32,000 nucleotides of DNA from Promethearchaeota archaeon (GCA_048939725.1 JBHLPG010000016.1:299-32298), one strand, 5' to 3'; counted from the first letter of the stretch, positions 1-10,690 are shown. A program made the numbers and translations. Notes: generated by a model from the sequence alone, not told the origin.

Positions 1-338
1 CTTTTGAAATTTCTAATAACATCCTTAGGTTCTATTTCTGTCATAAAACCCTTTCTACCTTTATTAATAGATAATATGGGTATATCGGGCTTAGTTCTAG
101 CAATCCTAAGGATAGTTCCGTCACCTCCTATTGAAATGATACAATCTACATCCATTTGTTCCATTAATTCCCTTTGAATTGAATTTAAGGGAGTGGTTTT
201 CGCCATAAAATCGAAAAGTTCTGGATTCATGAAAAATTTGATGGAAGAGCTTTCCTCAATAGAGAGAATACTTTGAATTATGTCAATAGTTTCCTGAAAA
301 AGTACCTGGGAGACAATACCAATTCGTGATACTCTCAC
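1..338 (-). CDS. nadK: NAD kinase (ATP-NAD kinase), N-terminal part; the gene runs off the left edge of the window
   Basis: My own minus-strand translation from GTG 336-338 (alternative TTG 341-343) reads [11 protein letters not shown]...[48 protein letters not shown](I/L)L followed by IN.G..GF is the NAD kinase signature. It is absent from the ORF track because it is truncated by the window edge. Confidence 0.75.
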   Translation of the reverse strand, partial: MRVSRIGIVSQVLFQETIDIIQSILSIEESSSIKFFMNPELFDFMAKTTPLNSIQRELMEQMDVDCIISIGGDGTILRIARTKPDIPILSINKGRKGFMTEIEPKDVIRNFK

Positions 339-371
339 CAAAGGATTTACAACCCGTTGAATGTTTTTATA

Positions 372-809
372 TTAAAGTGACATTTCTCGGACTTGCATGA
401 TCTTACTTCGATCCATCACAATCCAATATTCAATCTCTACCGTTTTCCCAGCGGAGAATAAGGAGTTAAGTTTTGTCTTAAGTTCCTCATCGGAGGGTGG
501 ATCTGCAACAAATGTACCATATGTTTCGTTGTCCATCGCATGAACAAAGCCAGTATTGGCTTCGACATTTGTTACTTGAGCGACACGTTTTTCAATTATT
601 GGAACATTAATTCTTTTATCGACTGGGGAAATAAACTGTCTTTTCTGATTATCAAATAGTCCTATTAACATCATCCTTGCTTTGGCTGCTCCATGTTTTC
701 CAGGTTTGCTTTTATCAATGGAGATAACTCGACAAGGTTCGTTAGACTCGGGGTCAATGATATAACGACCTATTTTAATACTACCGACTTTTTTTGGTTC
801 ATATGCCAT
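372..809 (-). CDS. eif5a: Translation initiation factor 5A (aIF5A)
   Basis: 145 aa. The hypusination loop SKPGKHGAAKA is present (the conserved lysine in GKHG), followed by a C-terminal OB-like part. Size is typical. Confidence 0.9.
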   Translation of the reverse strand: MAYEPKKVGSIKIGRYIIDPESNEPCRVISIDKSKPGKHGAAKARMMLIGLFDNQKRQFISPVDKRINVPIIEKRVAQVTNVEANTGFVHAMDNETYGTFVADPPSDEELKTKLNSLFSAGKTVEIEYWIVMDRSKIMQVREMSL

Positions 810-1095
810 ATTCTAAGCACCATCTCTATCTTTGTATACCGTTTAAAATAGGGTGGAGTTCCATGTTAAAATTTCTTTGAACTCAGATCCAATTTATTTT
901 AATTTGGCACTGTTGACATGTAGAACACCACACCAAATAAATGTTTATCTTTTCCTCGCAGAATATATTCGGAAAAAGTAGTGAAAATTCTTTTTTTTGA
1001 GTATACATTTAGTTGATAAGTTAAAACTCAATTCGAAGGAAATGAAAGCGATAAAGGTATAGAGTTAATTTTTGGTTCTTATTTGGTGATTAGCA

Positions 1096-1830
1096 TTGTT
1101 CGCACCGAAGGGTTTAGGTTATGATAGAGGGAGTACTATTTTTAGTCCTGATGGGAGATTATTTCAAGTGGAATACGCCATCGAAGCTGTTAAACGCGGA
1201 ACAACAGCCATTGGGATTAAAACTGATGAGGGGTGTTGTTTAGCAGTTCAAAAACGGTTACACACCTCTCTTGTCGAGAAAGAGCTGGTAAAGAAGATTT
1301 TTGCAATTGATGACCACATTGCTGCAGCTATTGCGGGATTAACAGCCGATGCACATGTGCTTGTGAATCAAGCACGTATTCAAGCGCAGATTCATCGGAT
1401 TACCTATAGTGAAGCAATAACTGTAGAGGCACTTACTCGACGACTAGCGAATCTAAAGCAGATGTACACTCAACACGCGGGAGTACGGCCTTTCGGGGTT
1501 TCATTGCTCATTGCAGGCTGTGATGAAATGTTAGGCCCTCAATTATATATGACTGAACCTAGCGGAAGTTATTGGGGGTATCGTGCTACTGCAATAGGTT
1601 CAAGTGCTCCTGCAATCATAGAATATCTTGAGGGTGAATACAAAGAAATCGCTCAAACCCTGGAGGAGGGGAGTTTAATTGCTTTAAAAGCACTAAAACA
1701 CGTGTCTGACGAGGTCGGTATTGACCCACAGATGATTGAAATTGTGGTAATATCCAAAAAAACTCAAGTAATTGAATATTTAAGCAAACAAGACATAAAT
1801 TTACTTATTAAACGTTTGCAGGAGAGTTAG
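1096..1830 (+). CDS. psmA: Proteasome subunit alpha
   Basis: YDRGSTIFSPDGRLFQVEYA is the hallmark N-terminus of 20S alpha subunits. 244 aa, TTG start at 1096. It heads the exosome/proteasome superoperon. Confidence 0.93.
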   Translation: MFAPKGLGYDRGSTIFSPDGRLFQVEYAIEAVKRGTTAIGIKTDEGCCLAVQKRLHTSLVEKELVKKIFAIDDHIAAAIAGLTADAHVLVNQARIQAQIHRITYSEAITVEALTRRLANLKQMYTQHAGVRPFGVSLLIAGCDEMLGPQLYMTEPSGSYWGYRATAIGSSAPAIIEYLEGEYKEIAQTLEEGSLIALKALKHVSDEVGIDPQMIEIVVISKKTQVIEYLSKQDINLLIKRLQES

Positions 1831-1833
1831 GAA

Positions 1834-2568
1834 ATGTTACGAGATGCACGTAGGTTTGATTTAACAGGTAAATCAATTGTTCGTGCAAAATTTGAAGGGA
1901 ATAGATTTGAAATTATAGTTAATCCAGAATTGGCTCTTAAATATAAAATGGGTTTACTTGATGATACAACTAGTATTTCTGACATTCTCGAAATGGATGA
2001 AATTTTTCATAATGCAAGCAAGGGGGAAAAGGTTCCCGAAGAGATTCTCTTGCATTGTTTTGAGACAACTGACCTTATTAAAATTGCAGAAAAACTACTG
2101 ATTAAAGGAGAATTGAATTTAACAGCAGAACAACGCCAGGAATTTTTCGAGAAAAAGCGTCGACAAATCGTAACTATTCTATCTAAGACATGCATAAATC
2201 CGAAGACACGAACTCCCCATCCCCCTTTACGAATTGAGAACGCAATGAAAGAAGCTAAGGTTATGATTGATCCATCAATCCCTGCAGAAAGTCAGCTAAA
2301 GGATATAATCAAGCAGCTTCGTAGTGTTATGCCCATTAGTATGGAAACCGTCAAACTTGCTGTGAGAATTCCTCCAGAGTTTACAGGGAAGGCTTATGGA
2401 GAAATAAAACGTGATGCACAAATTGAAAAAGATGAATGGCAGAATGATGGTCATTGGATTGCAGTAGTAACAGTGGCAGCTGGAATACAGGGAGAGTTTA
2501 TGGAACGGGTTCAAAGTATGACAAAGGGCCGTGCAGAGATCAAGATTATGGAAAGAATTCGGTTATAA
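1834..2568 (+). CDS. sdo1: SBDS/Sdo1-family ribosome maturation protein
   Basis: 244 aa. It has an FYSH-like N-terminus (FEIIVNPELALKY). Its position directly after psmA and before rrp4 matches the conserved archaeal superoperon. Confidence 0.85.
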   Translation: MLRDARRFDLTGKSIVRAKFEGNRFEIIVNPELALKYKMGLLDDTTSISDILEMDEIFHNASKGEKVPEEILLHCFETTDLIKIAEKLLIKGELNLTAEQRQEFFEKKRRQIVTILSKTCINPKTRTPHPPLRIENAMKEAKVMIDPSIPAESQLKDIIKQLRSVMPISMETVKLAVRIPPEFTGKAYGEIKRDAQIEKDEWQNDGHWIAVVTVAAGIQGEFMERVQSMTKGRAEIKIMERIRL

Positions 2569-2597
2569 CCTTTTATGATAACTTTATTATTTGAGAA

Positions 2598-3338
2598 GTG
2601 AATGAAATGACGATTTTAGTGACCAGAAATCAACTTGTTATTCCGGGTGAAATTTTAGCTCGTGGATCTGGATTTAAAGTTGGTGGTGGAGTATATCGTA
2701 GAACTGTCAATAATGAGATTGAGATTTACGCGTCTATGATAGGTTTGGCACAGATTAGAAAGAATAGAGTAGGTGTTGTCCCATTAGAAGGTTGCTATAT
2801 TCCATTAGAAGGAGATATTGTTATTGGAAAGATAACCAAGGTAGGTATCACTTCTTGGAACGTAGATATACGTGGGCCTTATATCGGAACACTTAGAGTT
2901 AGTAATGTTATTGATAGAGACTTTGATGCTCTTAGGGAGAGTTTGGATCGCATTTTGGAGACTGGAGACATTATCAAAGCGCAAATCACATTCTTTGATA
3001 GAATGCGAGATCCTGTTCTCACATTACAAGGACGGGGCCTTAGAAAAATAAACAATGGCCATTTAATCGAGGTAGATCCAGTCAAGATTCCCAGGATCAT
3101 TGGTAAAAAGGGCAGTATGATTCAATTATTAAAAAATATGACTAATGCTCAAATTATTGTTGGACAAAATGGCCGGATAGTCATTATTGCATCTAATCTG
3201 GAAACTGAAAATTTGGTCGAGCGTGCGATCCAAAAAATCGAAGCAGAGGCCCATACAAGCGGATTAACTGACAGAATTCGCGAATATTTAGAAAATGAAA
3301 AGATGAAATTATCTCAAAGAAGTGAAGAAGATGAATGA
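2598..3338 (+). CDS. rrp4: Exosome complex RNA-binding subunit Rrp4 (S1 + KH)
   Basis: S1-like GDIVIGKITKVGITSWNVDI and KH-like IPRIIGKKGSMIQLL are present. GTG start, with ATG alternatives 6-9 nt downstream. The 3' end overlaps the rrp41 start. Confidence 0.9.
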   Translation: MNEMTILVTRNQLVIPGEILARGSGFKVGGGVYRRTVNNEIEIYASMIGLAQIRKNRVGVVPLEGCYIPLEGDIVIGKITKVGITSWNVDIRGPYIGTLRVSNVIDRDFDALRESLDRILETGDIIKAQITFFDRMRDPVLTLQGRGLRKINNGHLIEVDPVKIPRIIGKKGSMIQLLKNMTNAQIIVGQNGRIVIIASNLETENLVERAIQKIEAEAHTSGLTDRIREYLENEKMKLSQRSEEDE

Positions 3339-4086
3339 AGAAAAAACTCCTCTTATGCTTGAGGATGGTCGACGTTTAGATGGTCGTGGGCTTCACGACC
3401 TTAGGCCGATTGAAATGAGCACAGGAGTCCTTAACCGAGCTGATGGAAGTTGTTATCTTAAGTGGGGAAATAATAAAATATTATGTGCGGTCTATGGGCC
3501 ACGAGAACTACATCCAAAACATCTTGCTCAACCAGATAAAGCAATAGTTCGCGTTGAATATAGACTTGCAACGTTTTCTGTTGGAGAACGAAAAAGTCCA
3601 GCTCCCCGTCGTCGAGAGTATGAACTTAGTAAGATATTATCCGAATCAATTAATTCAGCCTTATTTTTAGAAAAATTTCCTACTGGAACAATAGATGTTT
3701 TCGTCACTGTTTTAGATGCAGATGGTGGTACTCGTTGTGCAGCACTAACTGCTGCTTCATTAGGACTAGCTGATGCAGGCATCCCGATGAGAGGGATTAT
3801 TACTGGTTGTGCAGTCGGGAAAGTTGATGGGAAAGTTGTGGTTGATCTTTCCGATGTTGAAGATAAAGAAGGAGAAGGAGATATGCCTGTTGCGATGATT
3901 CACAGCACAGGAGAGTTAACCTTACTTCAGTGTGACGGTAAATTCACACCAGAAGAGATTGAAGAAGGGCTTAAACTTTCAAGAACAGCCATTGGCCAGG
4001 TATATCAAATGCAGCGAAACGCTTTATTAAATAAATATTCCCAACTCGAAGAACCTCATGATAAACTTGACGATGAAGAAGAATAG
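3322..4086 (+). CDS. rrp41: Exosome complex exonuclease Rrp41 (RNase PH domain)
   Basis: RLDGRGLHDLRPIEMSTGVLNRADGSCYLKWGNNKILCAVYGPRE is the RNase PH family signature. The start is GTG 3322 or in-frame ATG 3331. Confidence 0.92.
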   Translation: MKKMNEEKTPLMLEDGRRLDGRGLHDLRPIEMSTGVLNRADGSCYLKWGNNKILCAVYGPRELHPKHLAQPDKAIVRVEYRLATFSVGERKSPAPRRREYELSKILSESINSALFLEKFPTGTIDVFVTVLDADGGTRCAALTAASLGLADAGIPMRGIITGCAVGKVDGKVVVDLSDVEDKEGEGDMPVAMIHSTGELTLLQCDGKFTPEEIEEGLKLSRTAIGQVYQMQRNALLNKYSQLEEPHDKLDDEEE

Positions 4087-4096
4087 GTGAAAAAAA

Positions 4097-4951
4097 ATGC
4101 GTTCAGAAGATATAATCGCAAGCTTAGAAAAAAGATATCTAACTGATTTACTTGCGAAGGAGCAACGGATGGATAATCGAAGTTTTTGGGAGGGGCGCCC
4201 AATTCAAATTATACCTAATGTCATTAAAAAGGCTGAAGGTTCAGCAATGGTAAAATGGGGTGACACTGTTGTGTTGGCTGGTGTAAAAGCACAAATAGGT
4301 TCTCCATTTCCAGATACTCCAAATGATGGTGTAATCACAGTGAACCTTGAATTATCTCCCATATCATCACCATCGTTTGAAAGTGGTCCACCGGGGCCTT
4401 TAGCTATCGAAATGGCTAGGGTTGTGGATCGAGGAATTCGCGAAAGCAAAGTAATTCCAATGAATGATCCAAAATTATGTGTTATTCCTGGAAAATCTGT
4501 GTGGATTCTGTTTATTGATGTTTATATACTTGATGATGGAGGAAATTTAATAGATGCTTCAGCGCTTGCAGCTATGGCAGCCCTTGCAAATACACGATTA
4601 AATAAGGTTTTAATTGATGAAGAAACAGAAGAAGTCACATTATTGGAAGAAACGGAACCCTTACCGAGAGCAGGGTGCGCAGTAAGTCTGACATATGTAA
4701 AAATTGATGATATAATTATGTATGATCCCAATCTGATTGAAGATCGGGGGAAAACTGCTCGATTTTCTTTAGCAATCACAGATGAAGGTATGATATGTTC
4801 GATGCAGAAAGGAGAATCAGGTGTTTTTCTAGAGAGTGAAATTTTAACTATATTAGAAAAAGCATCAAGTCGAGGGAAGGAATTAATTGAAATCATTGAA
4901 CAAAATTCAGAGGTTACAGAGCTTCAGGAGATGTTCCAATTCGAATTTTGA
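4097..4951 (+). CDS. rrp42: Exosome complex subunit Rrp42 (inactive RNase PH-like)
   Basis: An RNase PH-like fold is indicated by AEGSAMVKWGDTVVLAGVKAQ. It is the third gene of the rrp4-rrp41-rrp42 trio. Confidence 0.9.
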   Translation: MRSEDIIASLEKRYLTDLLAKEQRMDNRSFWEGRPIQIIPNVIKKAEGSAMVKWGDTVVLAGVKAQIGSPFPDTPNDGVITVNLELSPISSPSFESGPPGPLAIEMARVVDRGIRESKVIPMNDPKLCVIPGKSVWILFIDVYILDDGGNLIDASALAAMAALANTRLNKVLIDEETEEVTLLEETEPLPRAGCAVSLTYVKIDDIIMYDPNLIEDRGKTARFSLAITDEGMICSMQKGESGVFLESEILTILEKASSRGKELIEIIEQNSEVTELQEMFQFEF

Positions 4952-5114
4952 CCAATGATTTTCTACTAGAAATGATGACGATATCAATAAATATGAACCA
5001 TAAGGAGCTCTCTTATAGGGTATTACTGAATCCTGAAACTGGAAAGCCCCCCTACATTACATAGGGAAGATATCTATTAGTAAGTAAAGCAATAAATGGA
5101 GTAATACAATAAAA

Positions 5115-5390
5115 ATGGGACGAACTAAAAAGGTAGGATCCACAGGACGCTTCGGTACCAGATATGGTGCTACAATTAGGAAAAGAATCAAGAAGATTGA
5201 AGGTGTTATGAAAATCAAACACCGGTGTCCTTCCTGTAATTTAAATAAGGTAAAGCGAGACTCAATAGGCATTTGGGAATGCCAATTCTGTGGTTTTCGA
5301 TTTACTGGCGGATCGTGGGCTCCAGAAACACCAGGGGGAAAGATTGCTCTTCGAACGGCCAAACGATTAGCTAGTGAACCCGAAACTTAG
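5115..5390 (+). CDS. rpl37ae: Ribosomal protein L37Ae (eL43)
   Basis: MGRTKKVGSTGRFGTRYGATIRKRIKKIE plus a CPSC...CQFC zinc ribbon is diagnostic of eL43. Confidence 0.93.
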   Translation: MGRTKKVGSTGRFGTRYGATIRKRIKKIEGVMKIKHRCPSCNLNKVKRDSIGIWECQFCGFRFTGGSWAPETPGGKIALRTAKRLASEPET

Positions 5391-5442
5391 TATTTTTCGT
5401 AATAAATCCATTTATTTAAACCACTCAAGAGTGGATAATTGA

Positions 5443-5997
5443 TTGGTTCTGTTAATAACAACATCTCGTAATCCCTCACATAAATTACGTCGAATAAGTA
5501 AGATTATTAATTACTCCATCCCCAAATCCCAAAGGTTAACCAGAGGGAACTTAAGCTTAAGTGACATTTTTCGATATTGTTGGAATCATCAGATTTCTCG
5601 CCTCATCATCCTTCAGAAACATTCGAAAAATTCTCTTCTTGTAAAAGCTTTTTCAATAGAAGATAAACCTCGACCGATTCATGCGACGATAAGATTGTCA
5701 GAAATTGTTACTCTACAGAAACATGTTAAAACACAGCGGATTTTGATTGAGAAAGTAAATATCGAATTCAAGAGTAAATTGAGGAAAGAAATAAGGAAAT
5801 ATATTTTAGATTTTTTCTCACCAATTACCCAGAATTTAGAACCTAATCATTCAACAAAACTTCTTATAATTAGTTTCGAAAAGACTAGTTCAGACTCTCT
5901 TATTGGACATGCAGTGCAACAAAATTCATCAATGCCACTACCCCTTTACACTATTCATATCACTTTAGAATGTAATAACGATGAACCCGAAATTTAA
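5443..5997 (+). CDS. Brix/Imp4-domain ribosome biogenesis protein
   Basis: The N-terminus LLITTSRNPSHKLRRISK resembles archaeal Brix proteins (ITTSR.PS.R.R). Its superoperon position after L37Ae fits. TTG start. Confidence 0.75.
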   Translation: MVLLITTSRNPSHKLRRISKIINYSIPKSQRLTRGNLSLSDIFRYCWNHQISRLIILQKHSKNSLLVKAFSIEDKPRPIHATIRLSEIVTLQKHVKTQRILIEKVNIEFKSKLRKEIRKYILDFFSPITQNLEPNHSTKLLIISFEKTSSDSLIGHAVQQNSSMPLPLYTIHITLECNNDEPEI

Positions 5998-6286
5998 ATT
6001 CAATTTTAGTATCCAGTATGATTCAGAGGATGAGGCCAGGATCATATATACATCTCTAATACCTGAGATTCAAGAGGAGCACTTTGATCGATCCAAGGCT
6101 ACTATTGGATTAGAGGCTCAAAAAATAGAAATTAATGTTATTGCTCAAGATGTTAACGCAGCTAAAGCTACTATTAGTTCTATTTTACGGTGGATTTCTA
6201 GTACAACACAAACTCTCTCAACTTTGGCAAAACACACTTTTAACCCAGAAGAATCTTCGACGCTCGAAAAGGAAATTCTGAAATAA
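5981..6286 (+). CDS. pcc1: KEOPS complex subunit Pcc1-like
   Basis: 101 aa. The pattern F.IQYDSEDEARIIYTSLIPE...IEINVIAQDVNAAKATISSILRWI matches the Pcc1/CTAG family pattern (A.D..alRa..ns.lrw). Its conserved position is between Brix and prefoldin beta. It overlaps Brix by 17 nt. Confidence 0.7.
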   Translation: MNPKFKFNFSIQYDSEDEARIIYTSLIPEIQEEHFDRSKATIGLEAQKIEINVIAQDVNAAKATISSILRWISSTTQTLSTLAKHTFNPEESSTLEKEILK

Positions 6287-6300
6287 ATTGGAAATAATTT

Positions 6301-6675
6301 GTGGTTGTTATTATGGCCTTACGTGAACTCTCTCCTGCTAAGCAAGAACAGCTCTTAAGGTTCCGACAGCTGGAACAAACCATCCAGAATTTACGAATCC
6401 AACTTTCGGAGATTTCCCGTGCTCTTTCCGAAATTGAGATGACAAGAAAGGAACTTCAGAAATTGGATTCTGAGCAAGAAGTATGGAAGACAATAGGATC
6501 AGTTATGTTCCCTAAAAAAGTTGGAGAAATCCTGAAAGAATTAACAGAAAGAACTGAGCTTTTAGAGCTTAAACAAAAAAGCTTTTCTTCTCAAGAGGCT
6601 CAGAACATTAAACGGTTAGAGGAATTACAGACTCGCCTGAGTGAAGATTTAGCTGATTTACAATCATCAAATTGA
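6301..6675 (+). CDS. pfdB: Prefoldin subunit beta
   Basis: Two heptad-rich coiled-coil arms flank VWKTIGSVMFPKK (the beta hairpin region). About 120 aa. Superoperon context fits. The start is GTG 6301 or ATG 6313. Confidence 0.85.
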   Translation: MVVIMALRELSPAKQEQLLRFRQLEQTIQNLRIQLSEISRALSEIEMTRKELQKLDSEQEVWKTIGSVMFPKKVGEILKELTERTELLELKQKSFSSQEAQNIKRLEELQTRLSEDLADLQSSN

Positions 6676-6700
6676 TTTCAGTTATACTTAGTTTAATAAC

Positions 6701-6991
6701 GTGAATTCCTTGATAGATAACGAATCAGATGAAATACTGGATCGTTTATATCTTAAAATTAAACAATTTCTTTATACTAAAGTTGGGGAAGATTTAGATC
6801 AAGATCTGATTGATATCAGCTTGGAAACAACAGAAAATGGAGAACTCAATATAAATATTGATTTATATCTTGAATTATCACCTTTTTCGAGATTTGATGT
6901 GCAAGAAGTAGCTGAAGAAGCAGTCGAGTATGGCATCAAAGAAGCTGACCAGATTTTCCCATCTTATGTTTTAAGAATCCAGAGGAAATAA
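6701..6991 (+). CDS. Small acidic conserved archaeal protein (DUF3194-like)
   Basis: 96 aa, GTG start. Its position directly after prefoldin beta is where DUF3194 proteins sit in many archaea. The family assignment is from memory and not verified. Confidence 0.5.
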   Translation: MNSLIDNESDEILDRLYLKIKQFLYTKVGEDLDQDLIDISLETTENGELNINIDLYLELSPFSRFDVQEVAEEAVEYGIKEADQIFPSYVLRIQRK

Positions 6992-7017
6992 TATAACAAT
7001 TTGGCTGAAGTAAGATT

Positions 7018-7953
7018 ATGTCTCGAACAAGATGCTGTCGTAATACTCCTTTTACTCAAGACCCGCAATCAAAAAAGGCCTATTGTAAAGATCATTTCAT
7101 AAAATTAATTGAAAATAAAGTAAGAAAAGCTATTAACCGTTTTAATATGCTGGAAAGAGATGATCATATAGGTTTGGGGTATTCAGGGGGAAAAGACAGC
7201 TCTACTCTTCTAAATATCCTTATTAACCTTCGAAAACGGTATCCAAATTGTGATTTGACTGTACTAACCGTTGATGAAGGGATTATAGGATACAGAGATG
7301 AATGTTTGAAACTCACTGAGAAAATTGCTAAGAAATACCAAGTTCCTCAGGTTATTGTGTCCTTCAAGCAAATTTATGGTGCAACATTAGACCAAATAAT
7401 TGAAAAAAGTCTTGAGAAGAGACATTCATTATCTGCCTGTGCTATTTGTGGGATCCTCCGTCGTCGTGCATTAAATTACGCAGCTAAACAAGCCAATGCA
7501 ACCAAAATTGCTACTGCACATAATTTAGACGATGAAGCACAATCGATATTATTGAATTTACTACGTGGAGATTCAAATAAATTTATACGCCTCTCTCGTT
7601 TTCCAATTTCAAAGTTTAAAACTCTATTACCTCGCATACGGCCTTTTGTACACATAACAGAACCTGAGATTGTCCTTTATGCGTATGCGACAAATTTGAA
7701 ATACCATTCATATCCATGTCCATATGCTTCTTCTGCAATGCGTAATAATATTCGGAATTTTCTTTCAAATATGGAGGAAAAACGACCAAGTACTTTACGA
7801 AATATTGTTAATCTTCATGATTCAATTAGTCAGTATTTTCCAAAGGTAGAAAACCTAGAACCCCCTTATTTGTGTCAAAAATGCGGTGAAATTTCTTCCA
7901 ATGAGGTTTGTCCCATTTGTCAACTATTAGATGACTTTGGATTTGAAAATTAA
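7018..7953 (+). CDS. ncsA: tRNA 2-thiolation PP-loop ATPase, Ncs6/NcsA/TtcA family
   Basis: The PP-loop GYSGGKDSSTLLNIL is present, together with CAICGILRRRALN and ATAHNLDDEAQSILLNLLRGD. There is a C-terminal Zn finger CQKCG...CPIC. Confidence 0.88.
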   Translation: MSRTRCCRNTPFTQDPQSKKAYCKDHFIKLIENKVRKAINRFNMLERDDHIGLGYSGGKDSSTLLNILINLRKRYPNCDLTVLTVDEGIIGYRDECLKLTEKIAKKYQVPQVIVSFKQIYGATLDQIIEKSLEKRHSLSACAICGILRRRALNYAAKQANATKIATAHNLDDEAQSILLNLLRGDSNKFIRLSRFPISKFKTLLPRIRPFVHITEPEIVLYAYATNLKYHSYPCPYASSAMRNNIRNFLSNMEEKRPSTLRNIVNLHDSISQYFPKVENLEPPYLCQKCGEISSNEVCPICQLLDDFGFEN

Positions 7954-7970
7954 TTAAAAATTCATGGAAA

Positions 7971-8240
7971 TTAGTCTTCGCCAACAGCAAGGAATTTCTG
8001 ATTACTATCAATCCTTTTTATCATTCGTTGATTTTTCTTAATAGATTGGATATGAAGTAGTCCTTTTATTTCTAACTTCATTAGGGCACGGTTCAATTCC
8101 CTCTCTGAAAACTCTCCAACATCATTTTCTAGTAAACGAATTAAATCATCTTCTAAAAGGACACCTTCACGACGTTCAACAATGTTCATTATAGAAAAAG
8201 TTAGAGGAAACGGTCTCCAATAAGGTTCTTTATTTACCAT
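7971..8240 (-). CDS. Hypothetical small protein, possibly winged-helix
   Basis: 89-aa ORF in a tight gene-sized slot between ncsA and cdc48. It has a helix-rich region (LIRLLENDVGEFSERELNRALMKLEIKGLL). No family was recognised. Confidence 0.5.
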   Translation of the reverse strand: MVNKEPYWRPFPLTFSIMNIVERREGVLLEDDLIRLLENDVGEFSERELNRALMKLEIKGLLHIQSIKKNQRMIKRIDSNQKFLAVGED

Positions 8241-8339
8241 TTTTGTTGCCTTTCAATTAATTTATCTGAGAGAAAGAAGGATTAATGTGAGATTTTTTTG
8301 AGAGATTTACAATCTTTTCTGAAGTAGGTTATTAGATAA

Positions 8340-10535
8340 TTATCCAAATAGTGGAACAGTAGGTTGAGCATCAACAGCTATTCTTCGTCTGAACTGAGAT
8401 TCTTGGTTTTCATACCATTTTATCATTTCTGGTGTACAGGATGAGTGAACTCTTGAAAGAGAGGCTTCAAAATGACGCCATTCCACTAAATTAGAATCTA
8501 ATCCTTCGCGAAGAGCTATCATACCCGCTTCACGACAAATTGCGTCCAAATCTGCCCCTACATAATATTCCGTTTCTTTGGCTAATCGGTCTAGATTCAC
8601 ATCTTCTGCGAGGGGCATATCCTTTGTGTGAATATCAAGAATCTGTTTACGGCTTTCTTCATCAGGAGGAGGTATGTAAACAACGCGATCAAATCTTCCT
8701 GGTCTAAGAAGTGCTGGATCTATCATATCTGGGCGATTGGTCGCTGCTAGAACTACTACATCTCTTAAGGGCTCAATTCCAGCTAGCTCTGTCAGGAGTT
8801 GGCTTATAACCCGTTCATTCACTCCAGAGGAGTCACCAGATCCTCTTCGGGTAGCAACAGCATCAATTTCATCAAAAAAAACAAGTGCAGGGGAAGCTGT
8901 ACGAGCTTTACGAAAGACTTCACGAATAGCTTTTTCACTTTCTCCAACCCATTTTGAAAGTAATTCAGGACCTTTGACACTTATAAAATTAACTTGACTC
9001 TCTGTTGCTAAAGCTTTTGCTAATAAGGTTTTTCCTGTGCCTGGTGCTCCAAATAGAAGAACTGCTCTAGGTGGATTAATACCTAGACGTTGAAAACTAT
9101 CCTTTCTTCTTAATGGCCATTCAACAATCTCAATAAGTTCTTGTTTAATCGAATCCATTCCGCCAATGTTTTCCCATTTCACATTTGGGACTTCTACAAA
9201 AACCTCCCTAATTGCAGAAGGATGGATCTCTTTTAAAGCATCCTCGAAATGACGGTCCTCAACTTTTAAATTATCAAGAACTGCTGGTGGGATCGTGTCT
9301 TCGCTCAGATTAATTTCGGGTAGAATCTCACGAAGCTTTTTCATGGCAGCTTCTCGGCCTAGAGCTGCAAGATCAGCACCCACAAAACCATGAGTAATAA
9401 CCGCAAGTTTCTCTGTGTCTACATCTTCTATCCCTGGCATTCTCCTAGTATGAATTTGAAGGATCTCTAATCGCTCATTTTTATCGGGAACTCCGATTTC
9501 AATTTCGCGATCAAAACGGCCTGGTCGACGTAAAGCAGGATCGACAGCATTGGGACGATTAGTTGCCCCAATTACAATTGTTTCGCCTCGACTCTCCAGT
9601 CCATCCATTAAAGCTAGAATTTGTGCAACAACGCGTCGTTCAACTTCACCAGTAACATCTTCGCGTTTTGGCGCAATAGCGTCAATTTCATCGATAAATA
9701 TAATACTTGGAGCATTATCCTCAGCTTCTTTGAATATTTCTCGTAGTCTAGCTTCACTTTCTCCATAGAACTTGCTCATAATTTCCGGTCCTTGAATCGG
9801 AATGAAGTGAGCCTCTGATTCATTAGCGACAGCTTTTGCGATAAGAGTTTTACCCGTTCCAGGAGGCCCATGTAACAAAACTCCCTTGGGTGGATCAATT
9901 CCCAATTTCTTGAAGAGTTCAGGATGTTTTAGAGGAAGTTCAACCATCTCACGGATTCGCTGAATTGCATCTGACAAACCACCTATGTCCTCATAGCTCA
10001 CCCCAGGCATTCCTGTTTCAGTTTCAGAAACAGGTTTTTCTGAGACATTCAGCTTTGTAGTGTCAGTGATCAACACAATATCTGTAGGAGTGGTCGAATT
10101 TACAACAAATGGAATTGACCTACCTAGAATAGGTATGAGAACTGTATCATTTTTGGAAACGGGGTAACCTAACAATTTTCGCTTGACAAAAGCTTCGAAT
10201 CCATAATCGAGAGATATCTGTCGGGTGGGTGCGATGTTGACTGTTTTTGCAACTTTAATTTGGGCTTTTCGAATACGAACGTTTTCTTCTAAAGACACTT
10301 TGGCATTTCTACGGATTATTCCATCCATTCGTACTATTCCTGCCCCCTGGTCCTCAATGTATGCTGGCCAAGCGATAGCTCCAGTTTTTTGTCGTCCTCG
10401 GATTTCTACAACATCTCCAGTTGTGATTCCAATCTCACGCATGTTGATATCATCCATTCGGATCTTCCCACGACCAACATCGCGTTGTCGGGCCTCAGCA
10501 ACTTTTAACACAACTTCTTTTGCCAAAGTTCTCAA
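8340..10535 (-). CDS. cdc48: CDC48/VCP-type tandem AAA+ ATPase
   Basis: 731 aa. An N-domain is followed by two AAA modules, each with Walker A ([18 protein letters not shown]), Walker B ([16 protein letters not shown]) and second-region-of-homology motifs. Confidence 0.95.
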   Translation of the reverse strand: MRTLAKEVVLKVAEARQRDVGRGKIRMDDINMREIGITTGDVVEIRGRQKTGAIAWPAYIEDQGAGIVRMDGIIRRNAKVSLEENVRIRKAQIKVAKTVNIAPTRQISLDYGFEAFVKRKLLGYPVSKNDTVLIPILGRSIPFVVNSTTPTDIVLITDTTKLNVSEKPVSETETGMPGVSYEDIGGLSDAIQRIREMVELPLKHPELFKKLGIDPPKGVLLHGPPGTGKTLIAKAVANESEAHFIPIQGPEIMSKFYGESEARLREIFKEAEDNAPSIIFIDEIDAIAPKREDVTGEVERRVVAQILALMDGLESRGETIVIGATNRPNAVDPALRRPGRFDREIEIGVPDKNERLEILQIHTRRMPGIEDVDTEKLAVITHGFVGADLAALGREAAMKKLREILPEINLSEDTIPPAVLDNLKVEDRHFEDALKEIHPSAIREVFVEVPNVKWENIGGMDSIKQELIEIVEWPLRRKDSFQRLGINPPRAVLLFGAPGTGKTLLAKALATESQVNFISVKGPELLSKWVGESEKAIREVFRKARTASPALVFFDEIDAVATRRGSGDSSGVNERVISQLLTELAGIEPLRDVVVLAATNRPDMIDPALLRPGRFDRVVYIPPPDEESRKQILDIHTKDMPLAEDVNLDRLAKETEYYVGADLDAICREAGMIALREGLDSNLVEWRHFEASLSRVHSSCTPEMIKWYENQESQFRRRIAVDAQPTVPLFG

Positions 10536-10690
10536 CTTATAATACTATTTACAACTCTAGTGTAGTTGTCTTTCTTCTTGTTTAAAATTGATTCTAATCA
10601 AATCCTAATAATATTTTCCTTAAAGAGGTTGGTGAATCCCCCTCTATAACTCTTCCAAAAAAAGAGTTGTTCTTGTAATATGATCGTAAA

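Noticed and set aside
809-1095. 286-bp divergent spacer between aIF5A and psmA, examined for a hidden small RNA (short inverted repeat GAGTTC...GAACTC)
   Set aside because: It contains only weak 6-bp complementarity with a long loop, and the rest is AT-rich promoter-like sequence. There is nothing beyond ordinary divergent promoters.
4965-5040. Possible C/D box sRNA in the rrp42-L37Ae spacer (ATGATGA at 4972-4978; CTGA at 5026-5029 and 5033-5036)
   Set aside because: C and D boxes are present at a plausible 55-65 nt spacing. However, I find no convincing internal D'/C' boxes at 12-nt guide spacing and no terminal stem pairing the ends. In AT-rich DNA these short motifs occur by chance. It is worth a snoscan-type check but is not supported.
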